DNA of 64,000 nt from Nanobdellota archaeon (GCA_018901755.1 JAHIDZ010000001.1:10454-74453); one strand, 5' to 3'; numbered from the stretch's first letter, positions 37,310 through 48,035 are shown. Made by a program: numbers and translations. Notes: generated from the sequence alone by a model not told the origin.

Positions 37310-40035
37310 TGTATATATATTGTTTTACTCGCAGCAGAAGACGTGTCACATCTCCATCCAGTAATTGCCGGAGAATTACTCCAAGTGGTTGTAACGCTAT
37401 TTGGTGCATTATATGATAAACCTGTACCGACACACCCACCAGATATCATATATCCATCATTACACCATGCTGTAACACTAGTACTTGAACAAGCTACATC
37501 TATCAAAGTTATAGCTCCACCACCACCACTTTTTACACTACTAGCACTACATATAGCAAACCCACCAATATACTCTGAATAAACACCAGGTATATTTTCA
37601 CCACCTGCTGTTATTGTTCCATCTACATCCAATTTCGTTGCAGGATCGGTTTTCCCAATCCCAACATTTCCACCGACTATTCTCATCACTTCTCCAGCAG
37701 TAGCAGCAGGATACTTAGTAATAAAGCTAATGTAACTATTGTCAGTTCCAGTAGGTCCATAACCACCTATTATATTAGATAATTCCGCACCACCAGCACC
37801 ATAAAAATTTATTTGCCCTCCATTATATCCGTTTGCTGTTGTACCTATTCCCACTTTTACAATTTCGTTAGTGGCAGAGCGAATATCTAATTTATTAATA
37901 GGCGTGCTCGTTCCAATTCCAACATTGCCAGTGTTTGCTTTTATTGTCAATCTTGTTCCATCATTATCACCAGTTGAATATTGACCAAAAATTAAATCAC
38001 TACCACTTGTTGTCATTCTATATTCAACAACATTAGTTTTAAAAATTGAAAATCCATTATCAGCATTACCAACACTTTTAGTTTTTATGAAAGCATTATC
38101 TCCATACACCATTAATTTAGTATCAGGACTCGTTGTCCCAATCCCAACATTTCCGCCACTTGATATTCTTACTTTTTCCGAATAAGTTCCTCCACCAGTA
38201 TAAAGTGCCATTCCAACCGAATTAGCCCAATCTGATTCAGATACTGCATAAAGACCAGTCGCTTTGTTCGTATTTGCGCTATCATATATTTTCAATCCAA
38301 CTCTACCTCCAGTAGAAGATTCCGAAGAGCCAGTCTTTACTATATGAATTACATCATTCGCATCATCAGATGTCCACGAATCAGAACTACTGGCTTTTAT
38401 ATTGCCAATTACATCTAATTTCTGCGTCGGAATACTTATCCCAATCCCAACATTCCCCTTTACTATTAAGTCATTTTTTCCAGGATTTGCATAAGCATAA
38501 GTATCAGAAACTAAAATACCGCCAGCTTTAAGCCCCGAAGCAGTAGTCAACAATGGGGAATTAAGTAACATAACATATCTGTTTAATTCGATGTTACCTG
38601 TTCCGGTGAAGAATTCTGGACTTTGTTCTTGTTCCAAAATAAAATTTCCACGCACATCTAATTTCGCACCAGGATCTATCGTCCCAATCCCAACATTCCC
38701 TCCATTTGGCTGAAGAATAATATAACCTTTTGTAGTAGCACTTGTACTTTCTAAAGTTAAACTATTAGAATTAGCTGTTCCACCTTTTAATGTTTGTCCA
38801 CCAGATCTACCGGTAAGATTTGCATATTGTGTATGATCATCGTCACCTAAACCTCCCAATAAACCATGATCACTTATTACTGCTTCCCATATAGCATTTC
38901 CACTTCCATCAGAAGTTAGAACATATCCATCTGTAGTAGTTCCACCAGTTACTTGTAATGTAGTAGTTTTTGTTTTACCAGAAACATCAAGTGTTGTAGT
39001 AGGCGCATTGTTTCCAATACCTAATCTATTATTTCCTACATCCCAGAATAATTTAGTATTAGCATATGTTAAAGAATTTGCATCAGACCAGTATGCAATA
39101 TATCCACTAGATCCAGCGCCATCTGTAAGAGTCGTTCCCCAAACTCTAGAATCAGGAGCTCGTTGCTTTACAACATTTCCATCATTAACTAATGTGTTGG
39201 TTGCCGTAGTAGATAGGTCTATTGTATTAATTTTTAAATCATCATTAATAGTTACTTCACTATCTGGATCAGAAATACTACCAGCAGTTAAAATATTACC
39301 ACGAGAATATATTCCACCATTAGGAATAGCTGTTTTATAATCAGCATAAGCCTCCCCGCTTTTTACAGCTAATATTCCGCCAGTGTGTATTATTTGCGCT
39401 GTCCAATCATCAGTTGCTGGATTTTCATCATCTCCAAAAAATCCAAATGGCGCAGACGATCTTATTGCGTCGCCAGAAATAGTTACGTATCCGTTGCCAC
39501 CGACATAAATATTACCAATAACATCAAGTTTTTCAGAAGGATTATTTATTCCTAAACCAGTTTTCCCATCAACTTGTAAATCGCTTTTTAATGTAGTTTT
39601 ACCACCAACAGTGGCTGTTCCACGAACATTAAAATCATTTGCAGCGCTTGCAGTGAATGCATAACCAGATGATGTAATTTGCGCAGTCGGTTTTAGAGTC
39701 TGATAACTTTCATCTAAAGGCCCTTTTACTTTTACTTGAACATAAAGAGCTTGATCAAAATTAATTTTAGAAGTATCAATAGGCACTAGAATGCTGAATA
39801 TTCCATTGTAGACAGAAAAATCTTCTTTAGTATAAATGTACGGTGGACTTGAACCATCAGCATTTGGAGTGAAATCAAATTCAAAATCATAATTACCATC
39901 AGTAACTGGATCATCGGTTGCGTCAGTTAATTTACCTTGTATTGTAATAACTTTTGGAATTTCTTCCCATACAGCAAAAGCAAAAGAACTCATTACTAAT
40001 AAAAATATAATCAAAATTGGAATTATTTTATTCAT
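37297..40035 (-). CDS. Large secreted fibre/adhesin-like protein with GNVGIG repeats and Cys-rich tip
   Basis: Signal peptide, ITIQGKLTD N-domain, repeated GNVGIGxxxPxxKLDV modules, C...SGGC...W.C C-terminus. Confidence 0.85.
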   Translation of the reverse strand: MNKIIPILIIFLLVMSSFAFAVWEEIPKVITIQGKLTDATDDPVTDGNYDFEFDFTPNADGSSPPYIYTKEDFSVYNGIFSILVPIDTSKINFDQALYVQVKVKGPLDESYQTLKPTAQITSSGYAFTASAANDFNVRGTATVGGKTTLKSDLQVDGKTGLGINNPSEKLDVIGNIYVGGNGYVTISGDAIRSSAPFGFFGDDENPATDDWTAQIIHTGGILAVKSGEAYADYKTAIPNGGIYSRGNILTAGSISDPDSEVTINDDLKINTIDLSTTATNTLVNDGNVVKQRAPDSRVWGTTLTDGAGSSGYIAYWSDANSLTYANTKLFWDVGNNRLGIGNNAPTTTLDVSGKTKTTTLQVTGGTTTDGYVLTSDGSGNAIWEAVISDHGLLGGLGDDDHTQYANLTGRSGGQTLKGGTANSNSLTLESTSATTKGYIILQPNGGNVGIGTIDPGAKLDVRGNFILEQEQSPEFFTGTGNIELNRYVMLLNSPLLTTASGLKAGGILVSDTYAYANPGKNDLIVKGNVGIGISIPTQKLDVIGNIKASSSDSWTSDDANDVIHIVKTGSSESSTGGRVGLKIYDSANTNKATGLYAVSESDWANSVGMALYTGGGTYSEKVRISSGGNVGIGTTSPDTKLMVYGDNAFIKTKSVGNADNGFSIFKTNVVEYRMTTSGSDLIFGQYSTGDNDGTRLTIKANTGNVGIGTSTPINKLDIRSATNEIVKVGIGTTANGYNGGQINFYGAGGAELSNIIGGYGPTGTDNSYISFITKYPAATAGEVMRIVGGNVGIGKTDPATKLDVDGTITAGGENIPGVYSEYIGGFAICSASSVKSGGGGAITLIDVACSSTSVTAWCNDGYMISGGCVGTGLSYNAPNSVTTTWSNSPAITGWRCDTSSAASKTIYIHCVK

Positions 40036-40044
40036 TCATACACC

Positions 40045-40644
40045 TCAATTTATTTTAACTGAAAGCACTGCGCTATCTTTTGTTAGTGCTTTTCTGCTTA
40101 TTTCAACTATTTTACCAGCTTCACCTGGCGTGTAATCAAATTCAACTATAACAGTTACAGTTCTGAACGTTACACTGGTATCAAATTCTATATTATATTT
40201 GACATCGTCCCTTTTTAATACTTCTCCTGTGAAGTCTTTACCCTCGATTTTAACATTGCTAGGCCATCTCCATCTCATTGTGTATGTTCTAGCCGTACCG
40301 AGATCATCGCACATAGATTCAAGATGACGTTCTAAATCAACTTCAACCCAATCATGCTCATCGCATATTGGTGCTTTAGATAAAAGATTATAATAAATCC
40401 CATCTGTTAATGCTGAAACTTTTCCACGGTTAGCAGAAAATACACAACGGTTTGATGTTCCAGTGCGCGCTGTTTCTATTAGTTTATCATTGCATAATAC
40501 CATCTGATCTCTTATCACACCCATTTCAGAAGTATCCATTGTTTTTTGTAAAGTGTTATATGCCCACGGCGCAGCTGCCGCGGCAAGAGAAGTGGCGATA
40601 GCAAATAATAATACTACTTGTAAGATTGTTGCTGCTCCTTTCAT
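40045..40644 (-). CDS. Pilin-like protein (class III signal peptide)
   Basis: MKG followed by a hydrophobic helix; resembles 54910-55413. Confidence 0.75.
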   Translation of the reverse strand: MKGAATILQVVLLFAIATSLAAAAAPWAYNTLQKTMDTSEMGVIRDQMVLCNDKLIETARTGTSNRCVFSANRGKVSALTDGIYYNLLSKAPICDEHDWVEVDLERHLESMCDDLGTARTYTMRWRWPSNVKIEGKDFTGEVLKRDDVKYNIEFDTSVTFRTVTVIVEFDYTPGEAGKIVEISRKALTKDSAVLSVKIN

Positions 40645-40710
40645 AAGAAAATAATCAGTTTTTCTCCATATAAAATTGAGCCCTAAGTCTAATAGAAACT
40701 AAAGTAGACT

Positions 40711-40815
40711 TTAATTGCATAACACTTCATCATCTACTACGAAACCACAGCCTTTGCATGTCGTTTCTTTTATCTGCTTTTTCAAACTTTTTGATCCACA
40801 TTCTGGACAATTCAT
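40711..40815 (-). CDS. Stand-alone TFIIB-type Zn-ribbon microprotein, 34 aa (absent from ORF track)
   Basis: MNCPECGSKSLKKQIKETTCKGCGFVVDDEVLCN. Confidence 0.75.
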   Translation of the reverse strand: MNCPECGSKSLKKQIKETTCKGCGFVVDDEVLCN

Positions 40816-40953
40816 CTTGCTCACAAATAATAATTGGAAAATAATTTATTTAAAGACTTATGGACCTCTGGTATATACGACAAGAAATATATTACACGCT
40901 TTTAAGAGTAAAAGAAAGTTTATAAATAGTTTATATAGTTTGGAAATAAGAAA

Positions 40954-42798
40954 ATGTATATGCGAAGAATAATAAAGAAACCAGACGAAAAAAACATTAG
41001 TCTAAAAAAAGTCGTTGCAGACACAAGTGCAATAATTAGCGGTAATCTTACCAGATTAATTGAACAAGGAAAAATGAAAAATTCTGAAATAATAATTCCA
41101 GAAATTGTAATGGGAGAATTGCAAGCACAAACTTCTCGTATGAAAGAATCAGGATTCTTAGGTTTAGCAGAAATAAAAAAAATAAGAGAGCTTTCAAAGA
41201 AAAATAAAATAACAATTAAATTCGTAGGAGAGCGACCGTCATATGAAGACATCTTATTATCAAAATCAGGACGTGTAGATGCTTTAATACAAGATATTGC
41301 AAAACAGAATAAGGCAGTTCTTATTACTTGTGATTTGCCACAAGCATTAGTAGCTGAAGCAGAAGGAATAGATGTAAAATATTTCGAATCATATGAAAAG
41401 AAATTAGAATTAAAGATTGAAAAATATCTAACAAAAGACACATTGTCCGTACATCTAAAGGATAAAGCAATACCTCTTGCTAAAAGAGGAAAACCTGGAA
41501 AAATACAACTAGTAAAATTAAAAGATACGCCATCAACGCTTGAAGAATTAGAAGAGATTTCGAAAGAAATATTTGAAGCAGCTCGTTTTGAAGATAATTC
41601 ATTTTTAGAAATTGGAGAACGTAATGCATCTGTAATCCAATTGAAAGATATGAGAATTGCAATAGCAAGACCACCATTTTCAGACGGATTAGAAATAACT
41701 GTAGTGAGACCAATTATAAAATTAAATCTTGATGATTACAAATTATCTAATAAATTAAAAGAAAGAATAGAAACTAAAGTAGAAGGAATGCTTATTGCAG
41801 GTCCGCCTGGATCTGGAAAATCTACTCTAGCAGCATCAATAGCCGAATTTTTAATGAATAGATCAAATGCAATAGTAAAAACAATGGAATCACCACGAGA
41901 CTTACAATTGCCGCCAGAAATAACTCAGTACGCTCCATTAGATGGTTCATTTGTAAAAACAGCAGACATTCTTCTTTTAGTTCGTCCAGACTATACTATT
42001 TTTGATGAAATAAGAAAAACTAAAGATTTTGAAATATTTTCAGACATGCGTTTAGCAGGAATAGGAATGATTGGTGTTGTTCACTCGACTGATGCAATAA
42101 GCTCTGTACAAAGATTCATCGGACGCACAGAACTCGGAATGATACCGCACATAGTTGATACAATTATATTTGTTAAAGACGGAGAGATAAAAAAAGTTTA
42201 TTCTTTGTCATTAACGGTTCGAGTTCCGCATGGAATGTGCGAAGCAGATTTAGCAAGACCAATCGTAGATGTTAATGATTTTGAAACAGGAAAATTAGAA
42301 TATGAAATTTATACTTACGGTGAACAAACGGTAGTAATGCCAATAAAAGAAGAAAAGAAATCAGCAGTAGAAAAGCTAGCTCTAGAAAAAATAAAAACAG
42401 AAATATCTAAATTTGATCATAATGCTAAAATAGAATTTGTTAATGCTAACAGAATTTCAGTTCGTGTTCGAAACGACGCAATACCATATATAATTGGTAA
42501 AGAAGGAAAGACAATTAAAAATTTAGAAGATAGATTGGGAATTTCCATCGACATCGAACCAGTCGTTGAATCATTAGGGAATGAAATAGACCACCATATA
42601 TCAGATACTGGAGGATATGTAATATTAGAGTTTACAAATGCAACTGGAAAAAACATTAACATCTATATTGATAATGAATATCTTTTCACAGCAACCGTAG
42701 GTCGTTCTGATCAAATTAGAGTAAATAAAAAATCTGATTTAGGAAGACAAATAATAAAAGCACTTACAAGAAAAAGCACAATAAAAACATTCGTATGA
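40954..42798 (+). CDS. PIN-ATPase-KH protein (PINA)
   Basis: PIN VVADTS, Walker A GPPGSGKST, FDEIR, KH IIGKEG. Confidence 0.93.
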   Translation: MYMRRIIKKPDEKNISLKKVVADTSAIISGNLTRLIEQGKMKNSEIIIPEIVMGELQAQTSRMKESGFLGLAEIKKIRELSKKNKITIKFVGERPSYEDILLSKSGRVDALIQDIAKQNKAVLITCDLPQALVAEAEGIDVKYFESYEKKLELKIEKYLTKDTLSVHLKDKAIPLAKRGKPGKIQLVKLKDTPSTLEELEEISKEIFEAARFEDNSFLEIGERNASVIQLKDMRIAIARPPFSDGLEITVVRPIIKLNLDDYKLSNKLKERIETKVEGMLIAGPPGSGKSTLAASIAEFLMNRSNAIVKTMESPRDLQLPPEITQYAPLDGSFVKTADILLLVRPDYTIFDEIRKTKDFEIFSDMRLAGIGMIGVVHSTDAISSVQRFIGRTELGMIPHIVDTIIFVKDGEIKKVYSLSLTVRVPHGMCEADLARPIVDVNDFETGKLEYEIYTYGEQTVVMPIKEEKKSAVEKLALEKIKTEISKFDHNAKIEFVNANRISVRVRNDAIPYIIGKEGKTIKNLEDRLGISIDIEPVVESLGNEIDHHISDTGGYVILEFTNATGKNINIYIDNEYLFTATVGRSDQIRVNKKSDLGRQIIKALTRKSTIKTFV

Positions 42799-43667
42799 TT
42801 AATATGAAAAAAATATTATTAGTTTTAATGTTGGTAATTATATCTACTTCGGTTTTTGCTGTTCCTATTGCGCAAGATAAGTACGTTAATGATTATGCAA
42901 ATATTTTTAGTTCTGCACAAATATCAGAACTTCGAGCAATTTTTACAGGAGTAGATTCTACTACAACAGCAGAAATGACTTTACTAACAGTTGACACGGT
43001 TGCACCATTAGATATGTTTTCATATGCTCAGGAAGTTGCAGAAAACTGGAAGATAGGAAAAGCTGACAAAGACAATGGTTTGTTAATTCTTTATGCAAAG
43101 CAGGAAAACAAAATATGGGTTTCTACCGGCTACGGTCTTGAAGGAATACTTCCAGACTCTAAATTGGGTAGAATACTTGATGAAATGTATGTACCGGCTC
43201 GAGACACGAATAATACAGCAGAAGGAATAATACTTGTTGCAAGAGAATATGCCAATGTTATAAATCAAAATGCAGATGATGTGCGTTCTGGTCAAGCAAC
43301 ACCTGCACACAATGTAGATTTCATTTTCATGCTATTTGTTATCATGATATTTTTCATGTTCCCATTAATCGGATTTATTGGGAACATCATATTCACTCCA
43401 AAATGTAAGAAATGTAATTGTAGAATGAAGCTAGTTAGTACAAAATATATTACTGAAAAAGAAAAAGGAACATTTGGGATTGACCATAATGTTCATTATA
43501 CAATTAGAATATATAGATGCTCAAAATGTGACTGTGAAGTTGTTAAGAAAACTAAATCACAACGTGGCGGATTTATACCAATTTTCATTGGTGGTTCGCG
43601 CGGAGGCGGATTTTCAGGTGGCGGTTTTGGCGGAGGAGGCTTCGGCGGTGGCGGAGCAGGAAGGTAA
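42795..43667 (+). CDS. TPM domain membrane protein with Zn ribbon and Gly-rich tail
   Basis: YVNDYA, WKIGKADKDNG, TGYGLEGILPD, GGGFGGGG. Confidence 0.92.
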   Translation: MINMKKILLVLMLVIISTSVFAVPIAQDKYVNDYANIFSSAQISELRAIFTGVDSTTTAEMTLLTVDTVAPLDMFSYAQEVAENWKIGKADKDNGLLILYAKQENKIWVSTGYGLEGILPDSKLGRILDEMYVPARDTNNTAEGIILVAREYANVINQNADDVRSGQATPAHNVDFIFMLFVIMIFFMFPLIGFIGNIIFTPKCKKCNCRMKLVSTKYITEKEKGTFGIDHNVHYTIRIYRCSKCDCEVVKKTKSQRGGFIPIFIGGSRGGGFSGGGFGGGGFGGGGAGR

Positions 43668-43696
43668 TTTTATATCTTGCTTAATATAATATCTAT

Positions 43697-44830
43697 ATGA
43701 TGATAACTGCTGACATAGAAACAGGAAGCATAAGAATTACAGCATTTGGAGAAGATGCTTTCATTGTACGAAAGAGTAGAAAAATAAAAATAACTTCTGA
43801 AGAAAAACTTAAAGACGGCGATACAATAGCCTGCGGATCAAAAACCGTTATAAGCATTGACGTTAGTTATAACAAAGGAAAAGATAAACCAATTGATGAT
43901 TATAAATCTAGAGAATCTAAAACTGTTTACATGGGGCCAAATAGTGAATTGCAGGTCAGCGGTTTTGAAGAATGGGATAAGACAGACAAGGAAGGACAAA
44001 GACATCATGGCGAGCTTATAAGAAACATAGAATTAAAAAAAGGATTTTTCCACGTGTCATATTCACACTGTGAAAATGTACTTAAAACTTCAGTCGCTTC
44101 TATAAAATTTATTTTTAGCGGAGGCGGATTTTTTGACGTATGCAACGATTCAGTTTATAGCAGCACTATACCATCAACTTCTGTCGGCGCAGGCGGAATT
44201 GAATATACAAACAAATTAACCAGAAGAACATTTATTGCAAAGTCATCTATTGGCGAGGAAATAATAGTTACCAGAGACGGAATCTACAAGAAACCTATAA
44301 CGAAAATGGATGACATCTTTCAAAATTCAATACAATTATTAGGCTACTTTACAGGAAAAATGCACCAAGCGTTGCCAACAATGGATCCAAAGAAAATGGC
44401 AGAGCAGTATAAAAACATGCCAAAACAAATGGAAGAGGGACTTGGCGGGATTGAAATGATGAAAAATATGTCTCCTAAAGATATAGAGAGAATGATGAAG
44501 ATGGCAGAGTCTCACGGAGCCAAGCTTAGTGCCGAACAGATGAAAATGATGAAAGAGCTTCCTGAAAAACTTAAAGCACTGGAAAAAAGCGGCAAAATGA
44601 CGCAGATGAAAAAAGGAATGGCTATGAGTAAAGGAATGCTGGAAGGATTGGGAGACAAAGGAACAGATAGATTTGCAAAAATGCAAACAGAGGGAATGGA
44701 GAAGATGAAAAAAATGTCCGGTTTACCAGTTAAAATCACTACATCTGATGGCAAGACTACAGATATTGAAACACTTCTTGAATCTCCGAGAAGATATAAG
44801 CCATTAACAGACGCGAAGAAGGTTGCATAG
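43697..44830 (+). CDS. Hypothetical protein with FecR-like beta domain and Met/Lys-rich helical C-terminus
   Basis: LKDGDTI...MGPNSELQV...IELKKG pattern. Confidence 0.65.
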   Translation: MMITADIETGSIRITAFGEDAFIVRKSRKIKITSEEKLKDGDTIACGSKTVISIDVSYNKGKDKPIDDYKSRESKTVYMGPNSELQVSGFEEWDKTDKEGQRHHGELIRNIELKKGFFHVSYSHCENVLKTSVASIKFIFSGGGFFDVCNDSVYSSTIPSTSVGAGGIEYTNKLTRRTFIAKSSIGEEIIVTRDGIYKKPITKMDDIFQNSIQLLGYFTGKMHQALPTMDPKKMAEQYKNMPKQMEEGLGGIEMMKNMSPKDIERMMKMAESHGAKLSAEQMKMMKELPEKLKALEKSGKMTQMKKGMAMSKGMLEGLGDKGTDRFAKMQTEGMEKMKKMSGLPVKITTSDGKTTDIETLLESPRRYKPLTDAKKVA

Positions 44831-46377
44831 TGTTTAAAATGGCTACTAAAAAATCTAAAGAAATAAAGGAGAGCGACGAAGAATTTCTTAAAATTTTATT
44901 CAAAAAGAAAGAAGAATCAGCTAAAAAAATATCAGAAGAAATAAATGCATATTCAGAAGTAGGAGAATTCAGAGAAAAAGGAAAGCAGATTGGAAAAGAT
45001 CTTGATGAAAGAGAAGAATGTAAAAAAATAGTTGAAGAATTTAAAATTTCTCCCCCGATTATGGAATCTGTACATATTAATGACGTATCATTTGATTTTT
45101 CATGCAAAAACAGCAACGTTGTAAAGAAAATTGAATTGCTTAAGAAACACGGATTTCCTTTTATCACTGCCATAAAGAGCGCATCAACATATCCTGTAAA
45201 TTTCAAAACATATGGTAAAACATATCTCAAGCGTGGCATGCAGAAAATTTATCTTCCAGAAACTTCAAAACCTCCAATAATGCCTGATAGCAATATGGGA
45301 ATGGGGAGCGGAATAGCTTTAGATCCAAAGAATCAGGGAGTCATACTTCAGGACGGGGATGTTCTAGGAACAGAACGAGATAGTTATATTTACGAGTTTA
45401 TGGATACGAAACAAAACATGGATAATCATAACACTGATATTATCATCTTTCCAGAGAGCGAACTTAGAATTACTATACAGAGAGAAATAACTCATCCAGA
45501 ACCAGAGTTCATGGTTCCGGAAAAAGTTCCTTCTACCATCAAACAATTATCCACCAATACCGTCAATTCAGATGCAATTGAAGGAATAGAGTTAATTAAG
45601 GGATTATTCAAAATCAGTCTATTAAGAAAAGGAAAAAATATAAATAAACTAATCGCAATTCCGTCTAAATATCCTCAAATAGAATTTGAGTCTACTTCAA
45701 AAATGATAATGAAAACTATAAGACAAATGGCTGAGAACGCAAGAAAAAATAGTCCAAAGGTTGCCGACCTACTTATGGCGCAGATTTCCAACGCAAGAAG
45801 CGCAAGTTCTGGAGTATGTGACGACATGGTAGCTACCATCGAGTTAAATTATGACGGTTCTCTTGTGATATTCGGCACGCCAAATAATATTATTCATAGA
45901 GGCATTGGCAAAGAAACGAAAAGAATTGACCCAAGAAAAAAGATAACCCTGACACAAAGCGCTCTTTATGAAACTGACTGCAGCAAGATCAAGGATCCGA
46001 GGGTCGACTTAATTGAAAAAAAGACAATGGCTGTAACAGTTTATATCGCTATGCTAGTTTCAAAAAAAGAATTTGAACAAAACATCGCCAAACCGATTGA
46101 CATGGAAGCTGAAAATAAAAAGATGCGCGAAGAGGATGAGTTAATGTTAAAAAACGCAGAAGAAATTGGAGACGATGACCTGATAAACATGGCAAAACAA
46201 AAAATAAAAACAGATGAAAACTGGATTAATGCAGTTATACCAAAACAATTAGAAGAAAACAAAAAAGAAATAGAACGGGCAAAAGATTTTATCAGGAAGA
46301 ACACCGAGTTCTACAAGAGAGATTTTGAAGCAATTCTCCCCGCATATGATTCTCCAAATGAAAGTGATAAAGTATAA
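44830..46377 (+). CDS. Hypothetical protein, apparent paralog of the upstream gene
   Basis: LQDGDVL...IFPESELRI...IELIKG pattern. Confidence 0.65.
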   Translation: MFKMATKKSKEIKESDEEFLKILFKKKEESAKKISEEINAYSEVGEFREKGKQIGKDLDEREECKKIVEEFKISPPIMESVHINDVSFDFSCKNSNVVKKIELLKKHGFPFITAIKSASTYPVNFKTYGKTYLKRGMQKIYLPETSKPPIMPDSNMGMGSGIALDPKNQGVILQDGDVLGTERDSYIYEFMDTKQNMDNHNTDIIIFPESELRITIQREITHPEPEFMVPEKVPSTIKQLSTNTVNSDAIEGIELIKGLFKISLLRKGKNINKLIAIPSKYPQIEFESTSKMIMKTIRQMAENARKNSPKVADLLMAQISNARSASSGVCDDMVATIELNYDGSLVIFGTPNNIIHRGIGKETKRIDPRKKITLTQSALYETDCSKIKDPRVDLIEKKTMAVTVYIAMLVSKKEFEQNIAKPIDMEAENKKMREEDELMLKNAEEIGDDDLINMAKQKIKTDENWINAVIPKQLEENKKEIERAKDFIRKNTEFYKRDFEAILPAYDSPNESDKV

Positions 46378-46423
46378 AAGCAAGATATTACATATAAAAT
46401 TATTAAATAGAAGGTGATATGAG

Positions 46424-46696
46424 ATGGGATTCCTAGAAGATGTTGGAAACAGACTTAAAAGTGAGGCAACGTATAAAGCCAGCAGCGGAGCTTCTAACGC
46501 TATTGTAAAGGCGGGAGAAAAACTTTTCAAGAAAGGAGATAAAAATACCAAATGTCCAAAGTGTAAAGCACCAATAACACCTGGATTGAAATTCTGTTCA
46601 AAATGCGGGGCAAAATTAATGGTTACCTGCAAGAAATGCAATGTTGATTATTCTATTGGAACAACATTCTGTGCTCAATGTGGCGGAAAATTATAG
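46424..46696 (+). CDS. Double zinc ribbon protein
   Basis: CPKC..FCSKCG..CKKC..FCAQCG; GGTGAT RBS. Confidence 0.88.
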   Translation: MGFLEDVGNRLKSEATYKASSGASNAIVKAGEKLFKKGDKNTKCPKCKAPITPGLKFCSKCGAKLMVTCKKCNVDYSIGTTFCAQCGGKL

Positions 46697-46702
46697 ATTA
46701 TT

Positions 46703-47359
46703 ATGAAAAGGTTATTAGTATTACTGATACTTAGTATTGTATTGATTAGTGGATGCGTTATGGAAGATAGTTTAATTAATCTTGGGTTCGGAACAAACGC
46801 AGGTGTTGCCTCGGGTGGTATACCATTATCAGGAGAATCAGATTCACAACCAGAAACATCGCCGTCAGAAACTTCTCCAGGAGCACCAGTTTCAAAATCA
46901 CTTGATTGCAAACTTCTTGAAAACATAGACTCAGACGCATACAAATGTTCATCTGAAAAAGATTGTATAATTTATATTGATAAATGTTGTTCAATTCTTT
47001 CAAAAGCAATCAATAAGAATTATAAATCCTGTATCCCAGAAGGAGATGTAGATTTGTTTGGCAAGCCTTGTGGAGAGGAGATTTGTCCAGGGTCTGGCAC
47101 ACCAATCGCAGCTCTTTGTGCTAATAATAAGTGCATGCTTGGATTTGATAATGTAACATCAGCATACACTATTCCAACAGTAACATGTACAACAGATGAT
47201 GATTGCGAACTGAGCTTATGCAATTGTCAGTGTCAAAAGAATGGAACCGATAATGGAATATGCGCCATGATCATGCCTGCGAGCAATTGTATAGATAATG
47301 TAGGAATTTCCGGTTGTAAATGCACCAATGGGGAATGTGAAGAAACGGCTGTTAAATAA
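46703..47359 (+). CDS. Cys-rich lipoprotein
   Basis: ISGC lipobox; two Cys-rich modules CxxxxDC. Confidence 0.8.
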   Translation: MKRLLVLLILSIVLISGCVMEDSLINLGFGTNAGVASGGIPLSGESDSQPETSPSETSPGAPVSKSLDCKLLENIDSDAYKCSSEKDCIIYIDKCCSILSKAINKNYKSCIPEGDVDLFGKPCGEEICPGSGTPIAALCANNKCMLGFDNVTSAYTIPTVTCTTDDDCELSLCNCQCQKNGTDNGICAMIMPASNCIDNVGISGCKCTNGECEETAVK

Positions 47360-47404
47360 TGTTCATGTAGATAAATTTATAAGGTCTACAAGAGATGATT
47401 AATT

Positions 47405-47992
47405 ATGCCAAAGAGTTTTTTTGAAAAAAATAAGATGCTAATTATAGTTGGAATAGTTGTTCTTGTAATTTTACTTATGGTAGTCGGCATGTATAATAGT
47501 TTTGTAACTTTAGATCAAAACATAAAAGGAAAATGGTCTCTAGTTGAAAATGATTATCAGAGACAAGCAGATTTGATTCCTAATTTAATATCTACTATTT
47601 CGAGCCAAGTTGGAGTTGAAACGAAATTTGTTAAAGATGTTATTGCCTTAAGAACTGTTTATGCTTCGGCGCAAGGCCAATATCAAAAAGATTCCGCGGG
47701 CCAGCAGATGAATGGCGGCATTACAGTACTTGTTAACGCTGTAGCTGAAAATTATCCTCAATTATTGGCAAGTGAAGGTTACACCGCATTAAGAGATGAA
47801 TTAGCAGGAAGTCAAAATAGAATAACTGTTGCTAGAAAAAATTATATCGATGCATTGCAAGCATATAATACAGCAATAAAGAGATTCCCAGGAGTATTAT
47901 TTGCAGGAATGTTTGGTTTTTCAGAACTAGAATATTATGAAGCACCTGCAGGAACAGAAACACCACAATTGGGTTCTGGGCAGTTACCTTAA
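47405..47992 (+). CDS. lemA: LemA family protein
   Basis: YNSFV, YQRQADLIPNL, ENYPQL, NRITVAR, FPG. Confidence 0.93.
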   Translation: MPKSFFEKNKMLIIVGIVVLVILLMVVGMYNSFVTLDQNIKGKWSLVENDYQRQADLIPNLISTISSQVGVETKFVKDVIALRTVYASAQGQYQKDSAGQQMNGGITVLVNAVAENYPQLLASEGYTALRDELAGSQNRITVARKNYIDALQAYNTAIKRFPGVLFAGMFGFSELEYYEAPAGTETPQLGSGQLP

Positions 47993-48035
47993 TTCTTTGA
48001 ACGTTTAAAAGTCTCAGAAACTTCTAATTAATTAT

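Noticed and set aside
43590-43667. GC-rich GGCGG repeats
   Set aside because: Explained by the Gly-rich tail typical of TPM proteins.
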